From contig NW_021835014.1 of the NCBI RefSeq assembly GCF_006345805.1, forward strand, positions 1-43,059: a stretch of DNA of 43,059 nucleotides. Reading direction: 5' to 3'. The notes under the pieces were generated by a model. That model was not told the origin of the DNA and did no database searches. It was given only the letters and a program-made list of their open reading frames with translations. Position numbers and translations under genes: made by a program. The DNA comes from Octopus sinensis (lineage: Eukaryota). Below are positions 10,112 to 22,110 of this stretch, piece by piece (position 1 is the first letter of the stretch; each line of letters begins with the position of its first letter).

Positions 10112-11887
10112 AGTTATCGCCATACTAATATGGCAATCTTATAAATATAAGACTAAAGCTGTCGATGATTAGCTCCAAGAGGCCACCGCCTCAAGCTAGC
10201 TATTTGACACACAATCTGCGTCCATTATAGACTTTCGAACAGGGGAGGTCAGCCGCTTCATACTGAAAGGAAAAACATTTCTCATTAAATAACTCCTTCA
10301 GAGAACTTATTGGGAAAATGTGGATATTTCTTCATACGGGGAGAGAATGAAGTCCGGTCATTGTCAGACATATTAAACATTATTGTTTGCTTGTATGTTT
10401 GTTTGTTTGTTTGTGCTCGCGCGCGTGTGTTTATATCCAACGTAAAAATGGCTGCCATTAACAAAAGAAATAACGCCTACTAAAAATCCCGGCTGAATAC
10501 AACAGTATAGAGAGATGAAAATATAAAGCTGATTTTATCACATAGCAAAATGTAAGCATTTTTGAAGTAGAAAAAGTTTATTATTTTGTTTGATAGAAAG
10601 AAAAAACGCCAACATTGTACTAAACATTCGTAAAAAGCTGGTATACAACAACAGCAATAATAGCAACAATACACATATACACACAAACACTTGCGAATGA
10701 AAAAAAAAAAAAACAGAACCAGAATAAAAGTTCTACATTTACCTGCATAGCTAACAAATTTTGAAAACGAATAGATTGACCGAAAATACATTTACTTGGC
10801 AAAATTTTGTAACTATGAAAAAAAGTATATCTTTGTAGGACTTTTTTTAATCAAGTTAATTTTTTTATGATGTTTTACTAAAAGTGGAATATGTTTCCTC
10901 AACTACTGCGCTACTCTTCCCACCACTTAGTGCAAAGCTTAAAGGTAACCCTGTTCAGTGTAGGTGGTCATATTTCGCCCAAAGTCTAGGAAAGAGTTTC
11001 TGAACCAGATGCTTGATTTTTCAAACTGATGACGGAATGAAGAGGCCGGCCGAGTATCCCGTTGATACTGCAGGACCGGTATGATACATAAACTCGACAA
11101 AGTACAAGGGTTACACTAAAAAATATCGTTGTCATACTCCTGGGCAGGTAGAAAGTGCCTAAGTGGCCACGAATGGCACGGTTGGGGTTCCAGTGGACTT
11201 ACAAGTCTTAATGATCACATCTTGAAGTTCACAGAAACATATCGGATCAGTCCTGTCTTAGACTTAGCTTGTTATTAAAAGCAAGAGTTACAAGCAGCGC
11301 TGGCCGATGTGTTATCTAAATTACCTAGATTGGTCCGAGATAAAGTGTATAGGTCTACATGTGTAGTTTTCTTGAATGACGATGAAGTAAGCTAATAAAT
11401 GTACCAATGGTATGCGTACATGCGCACTTGTGCCTAGTATTTGGGGCGGCGAAGGATTAGGGTTAGTGTCAAGGATATTGATCACGAGATTGACCCTTGG
11501 GGTATCGGAGCACATTGTAGATAAGTGAATGTCACCAAGAATGACATGTGATTGGGTGGGATCTTAATTGACATAAAAACCCATAACCCCCTGAAGACAA
11601 GTCTATTCCAGAACCGTTCCTAGTCCTGGATGCGGAAGGATGGGTAATGAGGCATGAAGCGTAGTTGCTAGACGTGTGGTAGCAAAAATCATTTGAAGGC
11701 TTCCTAAGCGTAGAAACAACAAAAACGAAAGAAGAGATGTAGCAGTTGAGACAACGATAATAAACCGAAGAAAATGTTGCTGTTCTGAAAGCACCGTCGG
11801 TCGAAACTCTGAAGGTGACTGAAAAGAACAATGTTTTCCGCACGGCCAGGAGCTCGAATAACCCTTTACTCTGTCCATGCCAACAGT

Positions 11888-12272
11888 GGAAGCACTCCGT
11901 CGGTTACGACGATGAGGGTTCCGGTTGATCCGAATCAACGGATCAGCCTGCTCGTGAAATTAACGTCTAAGTGGCTGAGCACTCCACAGACACGTGTACC
12001 CTTAACGTAGTTCTCGGGGATATTCAGCGTGACACAGAGAGTGACAAGGCCGGCCCTTTGAAATACAGGTACAACAGAAACAGGAAGTAAGAGTGAGAGA
12101 AAGTTGTGGCGAAAGAGTACAGCAGGGATCACCACCATCCCCTGCCGGAGCCTCGTGGAGCTTTTAGGTGTTTTCGCTCAATAAACACTCACAACGCCCG
12201 GTCTGGGAATCGAAACCGCGATCCTATGACCGCGAGTCCGCTGCCCTAACCACTGGGCCATTGCGCCTCCAC
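11888..12272 (-). mobile_element. SINE family C, full length
   Basis: Family C consensus; 11-bp TSD AT(G/A)CCAACAGT at 11877-11887 and 12273-12283. Confidence 0.93.
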
Positions 12273-13379
12273 ATACCAACAGTAGCAGTGAGATGGAGAC
12301 AGAGAAGCGAATGATGAATAGCAACAACAGAACACTTCTCGTTCTCGGTTGCAGAAACTAACGAGTGGGTGTCCTTCCTCAATTACAAGTATTACGCGAT
12401 AGTCTTGTGACTATGGGGGATAGAACGGAAATCGGAAAATTACGGGGGAGAAGGAAGAAGAGAACTCATCGGAAAAGGAAGGGTGAGTTCAATTTTAAAA
12501 TGTGCAACACACAGGGAGACGGTGTCAACGATGATAACATGAAATTCAAGGTCATTCGAAGTACGAATCAGCGCTTCGTGAATAAATTTAATCATACTCG
12601 GTGCAAAAATTAGAGCATCGCTATAATAATTTATTAAAAATGAAATAGGGTATAACTGCAGGAGAAATGTCTGTGACAGAATTTTGATAGAATAACACCA
12701 GAATATTATCAATATCTAAAGTAGGAGTATCCAGAAGGCGTGGGGTGTTTATTGTTTCATTCTATGCAAAGTAACGTAACGGAGACTTCTGTGTGCACCA
12801 AATCCCAGATATTAGAATGAAATTTGGACTCAAGAAGTGCGGAATAATATACCTAAAAGGAAGCAAGGTACAGTTCCTAGCAGGGATAGAATTACCGAAC
12901 AGAGACCTGATCAAACAAATTGAAACGGAAGGACGCAAATACCTTGGTATACTAGAAGTAATGGAAAAAGAAATGGAAGAGCAACTGAGAATGGAATATT
13001 TCCGAAGACTGTGGTTAGTGTTGCTCTCAAAATTGACTGGATGGAATAAAATCCAAGCAGTTAATGCATGGGTGATAGCATCACTTCAGTATGAAGCGGG
13101 GATTATAAGATGGCAAAAGAGAGAAGTGAAGAAAATGGATACCAAGACCAGAAAAATGTTGACAGTACACGGAACCTTTCACCTTAAGAGTGACACCAAT
13201 AGGCTCTACCTGTCCAGAAGAAAGGGTGTGTGAGAGATTTAATCAGTTGCCAAGACTGTATCGCAGCAGAGAAAAACAGCCTAGGGTGGTATATAAAACA
13301 TGCCACTGTTGAAGGAGGTCGGCGTCATCAACACTGAAAATTGTGTAACTAAAGAAAAATTTAGGCCAGAAATGAACGA

Positions 13380-13775
13380 AGGAGTGGCTGTGTAGTAAGT
13401 AGCTTGCTTACCAACCACATGGTTCCGGGTTCAGTCCCACTGAGTGGCACCTTGGGCAGGTGTCTTCTACTATAGCCTCGAGCCGACCAAAGCCTTGTTT
13501 GTGTGCCTGTGTTTGTGAGTCTGTGTTTGTGTGTCTGTGTTTGTCCCTCTAGCATCGCTTGACAACCGATGCTGGTGTGTTTATGTCCCCGTCACTTAGC
13601 GGTTCGGCGAAAGAGTATGATAGAATAAGTACTGGGCTTACAAAGAATAAGTCCCGGGGTCGATTTGGTTGACTAAAGGCGGTGCTCCAGCATGGTCACA
13701 GTCAAATGACTGAAACAAGTAAAAGATAAAAGATAAAAAGATAAAAAAGAAAAAAGAAAAAAGAAAAAAGAAAAA
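13380..13775 (+). mobile_element. SINE family A (internally deleted) nested in the R4/Dong element
   Basis: Family A head and tail interrupt the LINE reading frame. Confidence 0.9.
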
Positions 13776-14352
13776 GCATGGAAGGAAATGCAAGAGTTGT
13801 GAACGCCGGTGGCTATGGATGAGGAGGATTGACCTGAAGATAGAGACAGAAGAACTCATATGCGCAGCTCAGGATCAAGAGTTAAGGACCAGCTATATGA
13901 AGTGCAGAATAGACAACACTACCAATAGCAACAAATGCAGAATGTGTGGTGAGAGGGGTGAAACGCTATGGCACATCGTTAGCGAATGCCTGAAATTGGC
14001 ACAACATGAATACAAAAGATGCTAGGACAATGTTGCAGGAATGATCCATTGAGAGCTCTATGGAAACCTCGGCCTACATAGAGCAAAAGCGTGGTATGAG
14101 AAAATTCCAGGAGTCACTGAAAATGAGAATTGCAAAATCCCGTGGGATGCAATGATTCAGTGCGATCACCTGACCAAACATCGGAAACTGGACATTGTTG
14201 GGGTGAATAAAAAAGAAGGAACATGTATGACAATCGACGACACCAGGATCAAGGTGAAAGAAGAAGAAAAAATGAATGACTATGACGATTTGAAGTGGGA
14301 AATACGAAGGTTGTGGTCAATGAAGACAGTAGACGTGATACCAATTGGAGAT

Positions 14353-14407
14353 AGTAATTGGTGCACTCAGAAGTAATTGGTGCACTCAGAAGTAATTGGT
14401 GCACTCA
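14353..14407 (+). repeat. 19-bp tandem triplication AGTAATTGGTGCACTCAGA
   Basis: Direct reading; third unit is partial. Confidence 0.9.
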
Positions 14408-14644
14408 ACTACCATTATGGGTGAAAAAGATTGGTGCAAGGGTGAAAGATAGAATACCAACAAAAATCAGCATTGCTGGGAACTGCAAGAATTCTTCGCA
14501 GAATTCTTGAAAGGTGACCAGTAAACAAGTGTCACCTTAGTCTACTGGCTGTGGATAGCTGACACTTCCCATCATACCCAGCAATATAAGCTGTGAGTTT
14601 TCATATAATAATAATAATGATGATGATGATGATGATTATGACCA

Positions 14645-14865
14645 TCGGGTTGAAAGAGTCGGAGAAATGCAACATTTTGTGGGATTTCCCTAATCAAGCG
14701 AAAATAATAAACCAGGCATAACAAGGAGAAGCAAAGTTGCTTACTAATTGATCCATCATGTCCGTTTGATTCCAGGATTGTAAAGAAGGAAGATGAAAAA
14801 TTAAAGAAATACAATCCATCCCTTAAAATTTGAAATTGCGAGAATGGAGTGTGAAAACTTATTAG
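14645..14865 (+). mobile_element. Second, different R4/Dong-like endonuclease fragment
   Basis: Manual translation ESEKCNILWDFP..LLIDPSCPFDSRIVKKEDEKLKKY..FEIARM. Confidence 0.7.
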
Positions 14866-15120
14866 AAATATCCGAATGAAACTAGGTCAAAACAAGAGAT
14901 TTACCAAACGAGACATTCATACTAATTTGCAGCAATGGCATTTCTGCATTTCATTTGCACAAATTATTCGATTGCGTGAACGACATTGAATTTGTAAATA
15001 CAATTGTTTATTTGGGATTGCAACAAAGCATTTTGTAATATAACATGAAATTATAAATTAATTGTAGATTACGAAGTTTTAGTTTTGAATGTAAACGGAA
15101 GACACTAGAAAAACATAATA

Positions 15121-15202
15121 CAGTAATTCCTCACCATATCGCGTTTCACCTATCGCGTTTCACCTATCGCGGTTCACCTATCGCGGTTCACCCATCGCAG
15201 TT
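15121..15202 (+). repeat. Five ~14-bp tandem units (CACCTATCGCGGTT) after TA|CAGTAATTCCTC; possible pogo/Tigger-type terminus
   Basis: The repeat is directly visible; the family call rests only on the TA-CAGT start and the motif style. Confidence 0.6.
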
Positions 15203-15211
15203 TATTAATCA

Positions 15212-15609
15212 CTAGCAGTATCGCCAGGCGTTGCTCGGGTTTGTAAGGGAAATAACTATATAAGCATTTTTAGAGATGTAAAATATAATAGCCATCTCAA
15301 TATGGCTAACCGCGAAGGGGGGGGGGTGTTACTGTAGCTTTTTACGTTCTGAGATTTAATAATAAATTTTTAGAGAGTTACTTCCCTTATATATGCCAAA
15401 AATGCATTAAAAATGGGAAAAATTGATGGTAAATTTTTTTTTAATCGTCGACTCATCGGAGACGCGCGCTAATACCCAGAAGGGCTCGATATGAATCACG
15501 ACTATAAGATACCCGGTTTTGGTTAAACTGCACCACAAAATGTGGGAGTAGTTAGGAATCTAAATCGTAGGAGACAGACAGCACACAACCTCACTTTTAT
15601 ATATAAAGT
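15212..15609 (-). mobile_element. Non-autonomous Helitron (variant with an extra internal segment)
   Basis: Same family as 22894-23284 and 34312-34708; 3' hairpin plus CTAG|T; 5' TC mutated. Confidence 0.85.
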
Positions 15610-15964
15610 TATATACATACAGAGGACTTCTTTCAGTTTCCGTCTACCAAAACCATTCTTTCTGTACCTCCAAGTCTGGTGGGAGGAAGGAATCTTCAAC
15701 TAGAAGACCTGACCCAAATATTTGCAACAGAGGGTAGGCAACAGTGTTACCTAAGCAACCGGTGTTAAAGCGGACGTCAGATTAAATCGACAGCCTATTA
15801 GGTTATGACAGGATTTGAATTAGAATGCAAGGGATGGAATAAATACGAAAAGATGAAAAGCAAATTCTGATCTCGGCAGTACTCGAACTCAAGGAGCCGG
15901 CTCAACTATTGCAAAGGTACCCGGTTCTATGCTCCGATGATTAAAAAAATATTCTAATAATTGT

Positions 15965-16375
15965 TTTTAATTTAGGGACGAGGACAGCAATTCTGAGAGG
16001 AGAGGATTAGTCGATACCATCGATAGTAGTTCACTGGAAATTTTATCGACCTCGAAGGTATGAAAGACAATGCTGACCTCGGTGCAATCTGAATCCAGAA
16101 TGCAAAGATCTGGAACAAATACCGTTCTTTCCGGTAATCAAAAGATATTGCCAGCCTCGCGGGCCAATAAAGAATTCTGATGATGGTTTCAAATTTTAGT
16201 AGAGAGCCAGCAGCTTTTGAGGTGTATGGTTGGTGTGTGTGGTGCATCTAATAACACCGACCTCGAAAAATTGAAAGGCAATGTCGACCTTACCGGAATT
16301 TGAACTCAGAACGTAAAGACGGACGAAATGCATTTTGGCCAGCGTGCTAACAGTTCTGCCAGCTCACAGCCTTCT
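15965..16375 (-). mobile_element. Two diverged SINE family B copies in tandem
   Basis: Family B motifs at about 15965-16160 and 16185-16375. Confidence 0.75.
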
Positions 16376-16730
16376 AATAATGTAATTCGAAACATAAACA
16401 GTTTAGCACAAAGATTAATGTTTTGTTTAGAATGTTATGAATGGTGTTTTGTTTCTATGGTTGTAAATGTTAAATTGTTTCTATGTTTATAAAACAAAAC
16501 CGCAAGAACCTATGGAATACCATGCTCAAACAATTGACTTCTACGCACAAATGACACTAACTTGGCCTGTTATAACCTACGAAGTATTAATTAATGAGTA
16601 GTACAAGGTGTTGAATTTACAGGATGGGAGATTGGTTTTTGTGACATTAATGCCCTTCCAAACAGCATTAATCATGTTTGTAAAGTTAAAAAGTGTTCTT
16701 CGGGATCCCACTGCACAGTACCTTGGACAA

Positions 16731-17058
16731 AGTCTCTCTCAAGGACTTCTCCATCGGCACAGAGACTTGGGAGACACTTGCTGCCGACCGCTCATCCTGG
16801 CGCAGCGCAATCACCACAGGAGCAAAGACAGCCGAGGAGAGACGGATTCAGTCAGCAGAACAGAAACGCCAGATGCGGAAAGCCAGAGCCACCTGCACCA
16901 ATAGCACAGCCCCTACCCACTTCTGCCCCACCTGTGGGAGGGGCTTTCTTGCCCGGATAGGCCTCACCAGCCACCTCCGGTCCCATAGCAGCAATTCCAC
17001 CAAATGATGTCAATGGACATCTTCGAACCCGAAGGACGAACATTATCATTATTATTAT
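16731..17058 (+). mobile_element. RTE-clade LINE, 5'-truncated 3' end
   Basis: WETLAADRSSWR..HFCPTCGRGFLARIGLTSHLRSH (C2H2); short 3'UTR, (ATT)n tail; 12-bp TSD TACCT(T/A)GGACAA at 16719-16730 and 17059-17070. Confidence 0.9.
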
Positions 17059-17537
17059 TACCTAGGACAAGGGCTTGTTATCGTAGCCTCGGATTGTCTG
17101 TAGATCGTGAGTGAAATTTGGAAGCCGTGGTATGTGTGTAGTATGTGCATGTATGTGAGTGTATGTGTGCGTGTGTATGTGTGTGGGTTATGTATGAATA
17201 TGTTAGGAATAGCTCTTCTTTTGAATATGTATTGAAAACACGACTTTGTTCTCGTTTTATCTTTTTTATCAAGATTTCTTTCTTCATAAAGTTTTCTGAA
17301 GATGGAGGGATGTTGGTGTATATTGCTGTCACTTCATAGTCATTGATGCGGGTATTACCGTCAGAATGTGAATAACGCGCACGCACAGACATACACATAC
17401 ACACACATACAGGATTCATTCTTTGGAGGGTGTCAGAGGTTCGAAAATCGATTAAAGTTTGCGGAGAATTGGCTAAAATTTGCCCTGTTTATAATTAGAA
17501 CATATGTTAAATATATATATAATATAATATATATATA

Positions 17538-17576
<39 letters not shown>

Positions 17577-17579
17577 TAT

Positions 17580-17795
17580 ATGTGTGTGTGTGTGTGTGTG
17601 TGTATGTATATGCTTGTATGTCTGTGTTTGTACCTCCACCGTAGCTTAACAACCGACGTTGGTGTGTTTAAGTCTCCGTAACTAAGCGGATAGAATAAGT
17701 ACTAGGCTTACAAAGAATAAGTCCTAGGGGCGATTGGTTCGACTAAATGCGGTGCTCCAGCATGGCCACAGTCAAATAGCTGAAACAATTAAAAG
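17580..17795 (+). mobile_element. SINE family A, 3' half
   Basis: GATAGAATAAGTACTAGGCTTACAAAGAATAAG..GCGGTGCTCCAGCATGGCC. Confidence 0.8.
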
Positions 17796-18629
17796 AATAT
17801 ATACATACATACATATGTATATATATATATATTATATATATATATTATATATATAATATATATATATATGTATACAATATATACTTTATATATACATGTA
17901 CTTTTATGTGTCTGTATATACACACATATAGAACAGAGAGAGGAAGAGAAAGAGAGAGAGAGAGAGAAAGAGAGAAAGGCGGAAGAAGAAAGTGAGGGGG
18001 ATGGAGAAACGAATTTAAAGGTAATCTCCATCAACTGCAAGCGGGTAACCATATAATATATAATCGAAATGAAATAAAGCCTCCTAACATGCAGGCATAA
18101 TCTTTGTTATTGCGTCAATTTTAGTCTGAAGCATTGCCATGGCCATTCAACCATAGATTTATGTGTTAATTAACCAGAATAATTAAAAAGAAATAACTTT
18201 TGAGATCTTAGTAAGCTTGCTCTACAGTATGTATTCCATACGCCGTCAAATCATTTGTTGCGGACCAGTGCCGGGGTTAGGATCATTTGATAACGGGCCG
18301 CACAGAAATAATACATGTTCGAATTTCATTTTTATTTTATTGACTATCGCCCCACAAAAGAAAGGTACCAAAGAAGAGGAAATCGCACACTGTCGACTCC
18401 TAAACGACGATATACAGACATAGGATTCGCTATTTCAAACAACTAGTGTCACCTATGAATGAAAAAGGTAGGAGCTGAACAAAAACCTTGTTGGTACATG
18501 GCACGAAAGATTGCGCAGCAGCTCACCTGGTTACGTCAAGCACAGGCTCAGGCTTGGAACCACACATACCACATTACGAGGCCTCTACAGGATGGCCACC
18601 ACTAACTCCAGTACACTAATATTTCTATT

Positions 18630-19045
18630 GCACCTCAGCAACAAAACAAAAATCTCTTTCCTATGAGGCCCCACTACATGCAATCAAGCTGCATACTTAG
18701 CACTTATGGAAATGAATCTTAAACCTGCTATAGGGTATGCTGACGTACACATACCGAAGTATGTACCATTACGAACGAACAGAAAATAAAGCAACCACGG
18801 TGGAATTATAGTATGTATCCGTGAGGACTTAACGCCCCAGGTTCTGCTGTCATATTCAAATTTGTAAGTGGCACTCAAATTGTACACATAAGACAATTGG
18901 ATATTATCATACGTACTACATATCATTCATCAGATTCTCCAAATCACTCAGGGAAGATTGAAGTCTGCCTCGCAAAAATAGAAGTTTCCACAAAACTGGA
19001 ACAACACATCAATGTATTTCCTGGGTTACTTCAAATTCCCCTAAG
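18630..19045 (+). mobile_element. Decayed LINE APE-endonuclease fragment (CR1/L2 group-like)
   Basis: Manual translation ALMEMNLKPAIGYADVHIPKYVPLRTNRK*SNHGGIIVCIREDL..LLSYSN..FLGYFKFP resembles ALTETHL..DAE..Y..R.DR..GGV..GDFNFP. Confidence 0.7.
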
Positions 19046-19300
19046 TGGGAAGAGCGATATCTTTTGGCTACTGTTTCTAGCACGACCAGTAAAATGGCAA
19101 AAACTATCTTAGCTCTTTCATAGTCAATATTGCGGCGATCGAATCCGTTTCGAAATTCCGACTTTTAGAGTAGCATCTCCGTAAACTAGCAAGTGATGCT
19201 ACTAATGCTCTTTTAGTACGAGTAGTCAATTCTGGTTGATCAGACCTCATTTGATAGTAAACAAAAACAACAACAAAAACAACTCGTATTAATGACATGG

Positions 19301-19694
19301 AAATGGAATGGAAGCACTCCGTCGGTTACGACGACGAGGGTTCCGGTTGATCCGAATCAACGGAACAGCCTGCTCGTGAAATTAACGTGTAAGTGGCTGA
19401 ACACTCCACAGACACGTGTACCCTTAACGTAGTTCTCGGGGATATTCAGCGTGACACAGAGAGTGACAAGGCCGGCCCTTTGAAATACAGGTACAACAGA
19501 AACAAGAAGTAAGAGTGAGAGAGAAAGTTGTGGTGAAAGAGTACAGCAGGGTTCACCACCACCCCCTGCCGGAGCCTCGTGGAGCTTTAGGTGTTTTCGC
19601 TCAATAAACACTCACAATGCCCGGTCTGGGAATCGAAACCGCGATCTATGACAGCGAGTCCGCTGCCCTAACCACTGGGCCATTGCGCCTCCAC
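19301..19694 (-). mobile_element. SINE family C, full length
   Basis: Family C consensus; 10-bp TSD AATGACATGG at 19291-19300 and 19695-19704. Confidence 0.93.
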
Positions 19695-20229
19695 AATGAC
19701 ATGGCAATATTAACCAAAACGGTGGCTTATAAGGCTTACAGCCATGTGAACTATGAAGCTGATTGCTTGATTAAAGTTTTTTTGAAATCGCTTGTTTTAA
19801 GAAAGCTAATCTCTCCTGACGCATCAACAGTGAACATACACTCTATCATTACAATTGAAGTTGTTGGCGTTGTATATTTTCCACACCTACAACTTTGAGG
19901 TTCAACATGTTTACAACTGATTCATTATACGTCTGCCAAAACAGAGATATGTTGCCCGACTGCCTCTAATTGGTTCAAGGTTAACTGGTAGTAGTTAAAG
20001 ATAAATGTAATTTGTGCAGTGTAAGTAGCTCTTGAAAGTTTGTATTTTGTTTTGACGAATCTTTCCGCTTGTGTGTAACACTGAAGTACCGACTAAGTGA
20101 GTCCAATGGCGTATTACATCGTTAGAGAATTGTTAAAAACTTCTTCATGAAGTTCACCTGGGCGAAGCCAAATTTTCAAAATACAAACGTAGAAGGATTT
20201 AAGAGTCAGTGTTGCAAATTATTAAGTCA

Positions 20230-20660
20230 TTTCCAAAGTTTGGCACAAGGCCAGCAATTTCGGCGAAGGAGATAAGTCGATTACATCGACCTCTGTAATC
20301 AACTGCTACTTATTTTATCGATCTTGAAAGGATGAACGGCAAAGTCGACTTCGGCGGAATTTGAACTCAGACGGACGAATTACTGCTAAGCATTTCCCTC
20401 GCCGCCTCATATCATTTCCTAATTATTAGCATGATTAGTAAGGCGGTAAGCTGGTGGAATCGTCAGCATGCCAGACAAAATGTTTAGCGACATTTCTTCT
20501 GATTCATTTTATGTTACTATTTCCAATTTTACTGAAGTCGACTCTTCCTTTTAACCTTTTAGTAGTTGATAAAATAAGTATTAGTTGAGCCGTGGAACGG
20601 ATGTAATCGACCAGGTCCCTCTTCCAAATTTAAGGCCCTGTGCCTAGAGTAGATAAAATT
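20230..20660. mobile_element. Two SINE family B copies head-to-head (about 20230-20410 minus, 20438-20660 plus)
   Basis: Family B motifs on opposite strands. Confidence 0.78.
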
Positions 20661-20719
20661 ATTAGTTTGATTAGTGCTGGCCTTGTATTACAATTAGAAA
20701 GGATTATTAGTATGATATA

Positions 20720-21107
20720 TAGAAGCACTCCGTCGGTTACGACGACGAGGGTTCCGGTTGATCCGAATCAACGGAACAGCCTGCTCGTGAAATTAACGTG
20801 TAAGTGGCTGAGCACTTCACAGACACGTGCACCCTTAACGTAGTTCTCGGGGATATTCAGCGTGACACAGAGAGTGACAAGGCCGGCCCCTTGGAATATA
20901 GGTACAACAGAAAGAGGAAGTAAGAGTGAGAGAAAGTTGTGGTGAAAGAGTACAGCAGGGATCACCACCATCCCCATGCCGGAGACTCGTGGAGCTTTTT
21001 AGGTGTTTTCGCTCAATAAACACTCACAACGCCCGGTCTGGGAATCGAAACCGCGATCCAACGACCGCGTGTCCGCTGCCCTAACCACTGGGCCATTGCG
21101 CCTCCAC
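20720..21107 (-). mobile_element. SINE family C, full length
   Basis: Family C consensus; 12-bp TSD TAGTATGATATA at 20708-20719 and 21108-21119. Confidence 0.93.
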
Positions 21108-21429
21108 TAGTATGATATAACGTCCCTGAAGACAGGGTATTTGGATCCATTTGTAACACATATACCTGGCAATAACATACCTGTTAATATCAATTCATGT
21201 CTTCTTGGTGTGAGAGACGGGGGCAGAAGGCCAGAAATTTTGGGCAGAAAGCCAGAAATTTTGCTGGGAATAATTTTGGATGGAGAAGCCAGAAAAAATA
21301 CTGCCAGGCATTTTATCCAACGTCCCTATTCAACCATTATGTCATAAGTAGCACTAATAAAATGTGGAATATAATATTCCATCCACTTATCCGAAAGTGT
21401 TTTTGCAAAGACAATATGTCATTAGTTTT

Positions 21430-21625
21430 CGTTTTTATTGTTGCGATTTAAATCCAGGTCAGCTGCGATGCAATAGGTAGATCTTTAATTAAAGGCGTTT
21501 CACTCATAGCTAACATGACTATCGAGGATTACATTGTCCGATGTAACCGTTTTTCCGAGACGGTAGACCGGAATTTGAGAGAGATTAGGCTGTTATTTTG
21601 AGCTTGTCTAACAACTACGTATCAT
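21430..21625 (-). mobile_element. Old interspersed repeat (family D, probably SINE-like)
   Basis: Loosely homologous to 37095-37285 (+) and to fragments at about 9545-9610 and 32400-32465 (AAATAGCAGCC..TCTC motif, (AAC)-like tail). Confidence 0.45.
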
Positions 21626-22110
21626 TTCTTTGTTTTGTAGATTTGTCGCCACATTAACACATGTAGCGATAGGAGGTTTGTCACATGTAACTCAACGTCA
21701 GAGTATAAGATGTAATTACTCGCAGTATTTCGAGTTAATTGGGGAATGAAAGAATTATAATATCAGTTAATTAATTACTTAGAGGCACACTAACCAAAGT
21801 TGAATTGAAATAAGGATTTCACAATCATATTAAACATGTTTGTGTTCACTCAGACATGGAAAGAATTACACTGCTTGAGTTATTTTGAAGGAAGAAAAAA
21901 CACTAAAAAACTTCGTAACAGAAAATATATGCGAAAAAAACACCCCGCCAATGGGCTATGAATGGAAACATCGGAAGGTAGGTGACATGCATTTCTGCGT
22001 GGTTATGTGTCATCAGCAACAAATAACGATTCGTCGTGCATAGCCACGTACATATATGCATACATGCATACATACAAACGTACATACATATGCATACACA
22101 TAGACATATA

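Larger units (their letters stand above)
12805..14638 (+). mobile_element. R4/Dong-like non-LTR retrotransposon, 5'-truncated and decayed
   Basis: ORF pieces DIRMKFGLKKC..KYLGILE (RT C-terminus), AAQDQ..CRMCGERGETLWHIVSEC (CCHC knuckle), YKRC*DNVA (RHD-like), KLDIV..KEEEK..IGAL (restriction-like endonuclease); ends in (TAA)n(TGA)n. Confidence 0.88.

Noticed and set aside
11025-11060. CTGATGA motif (also at 31860) as a hammerhead core
   Set aside because: No stem II followed by GAAA
12365-12613. 82-aa ORF with a faint APE N-terminal look (FKMCNTQG)
   Set aside because: Too little motif support to call; may be an old LINE relic
14353-15202. Short direct repeats as a CRISPR-like array
   Set aside because: Head-to-tail tandem units with no unique spacers, eukaryotic context, no cas genes
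21221-21263. 21-bp tandem duplication (similar small ones at 37157-37202 and 40591-40622)
   Set aside because: Ordinary slippage duplications with no further structure
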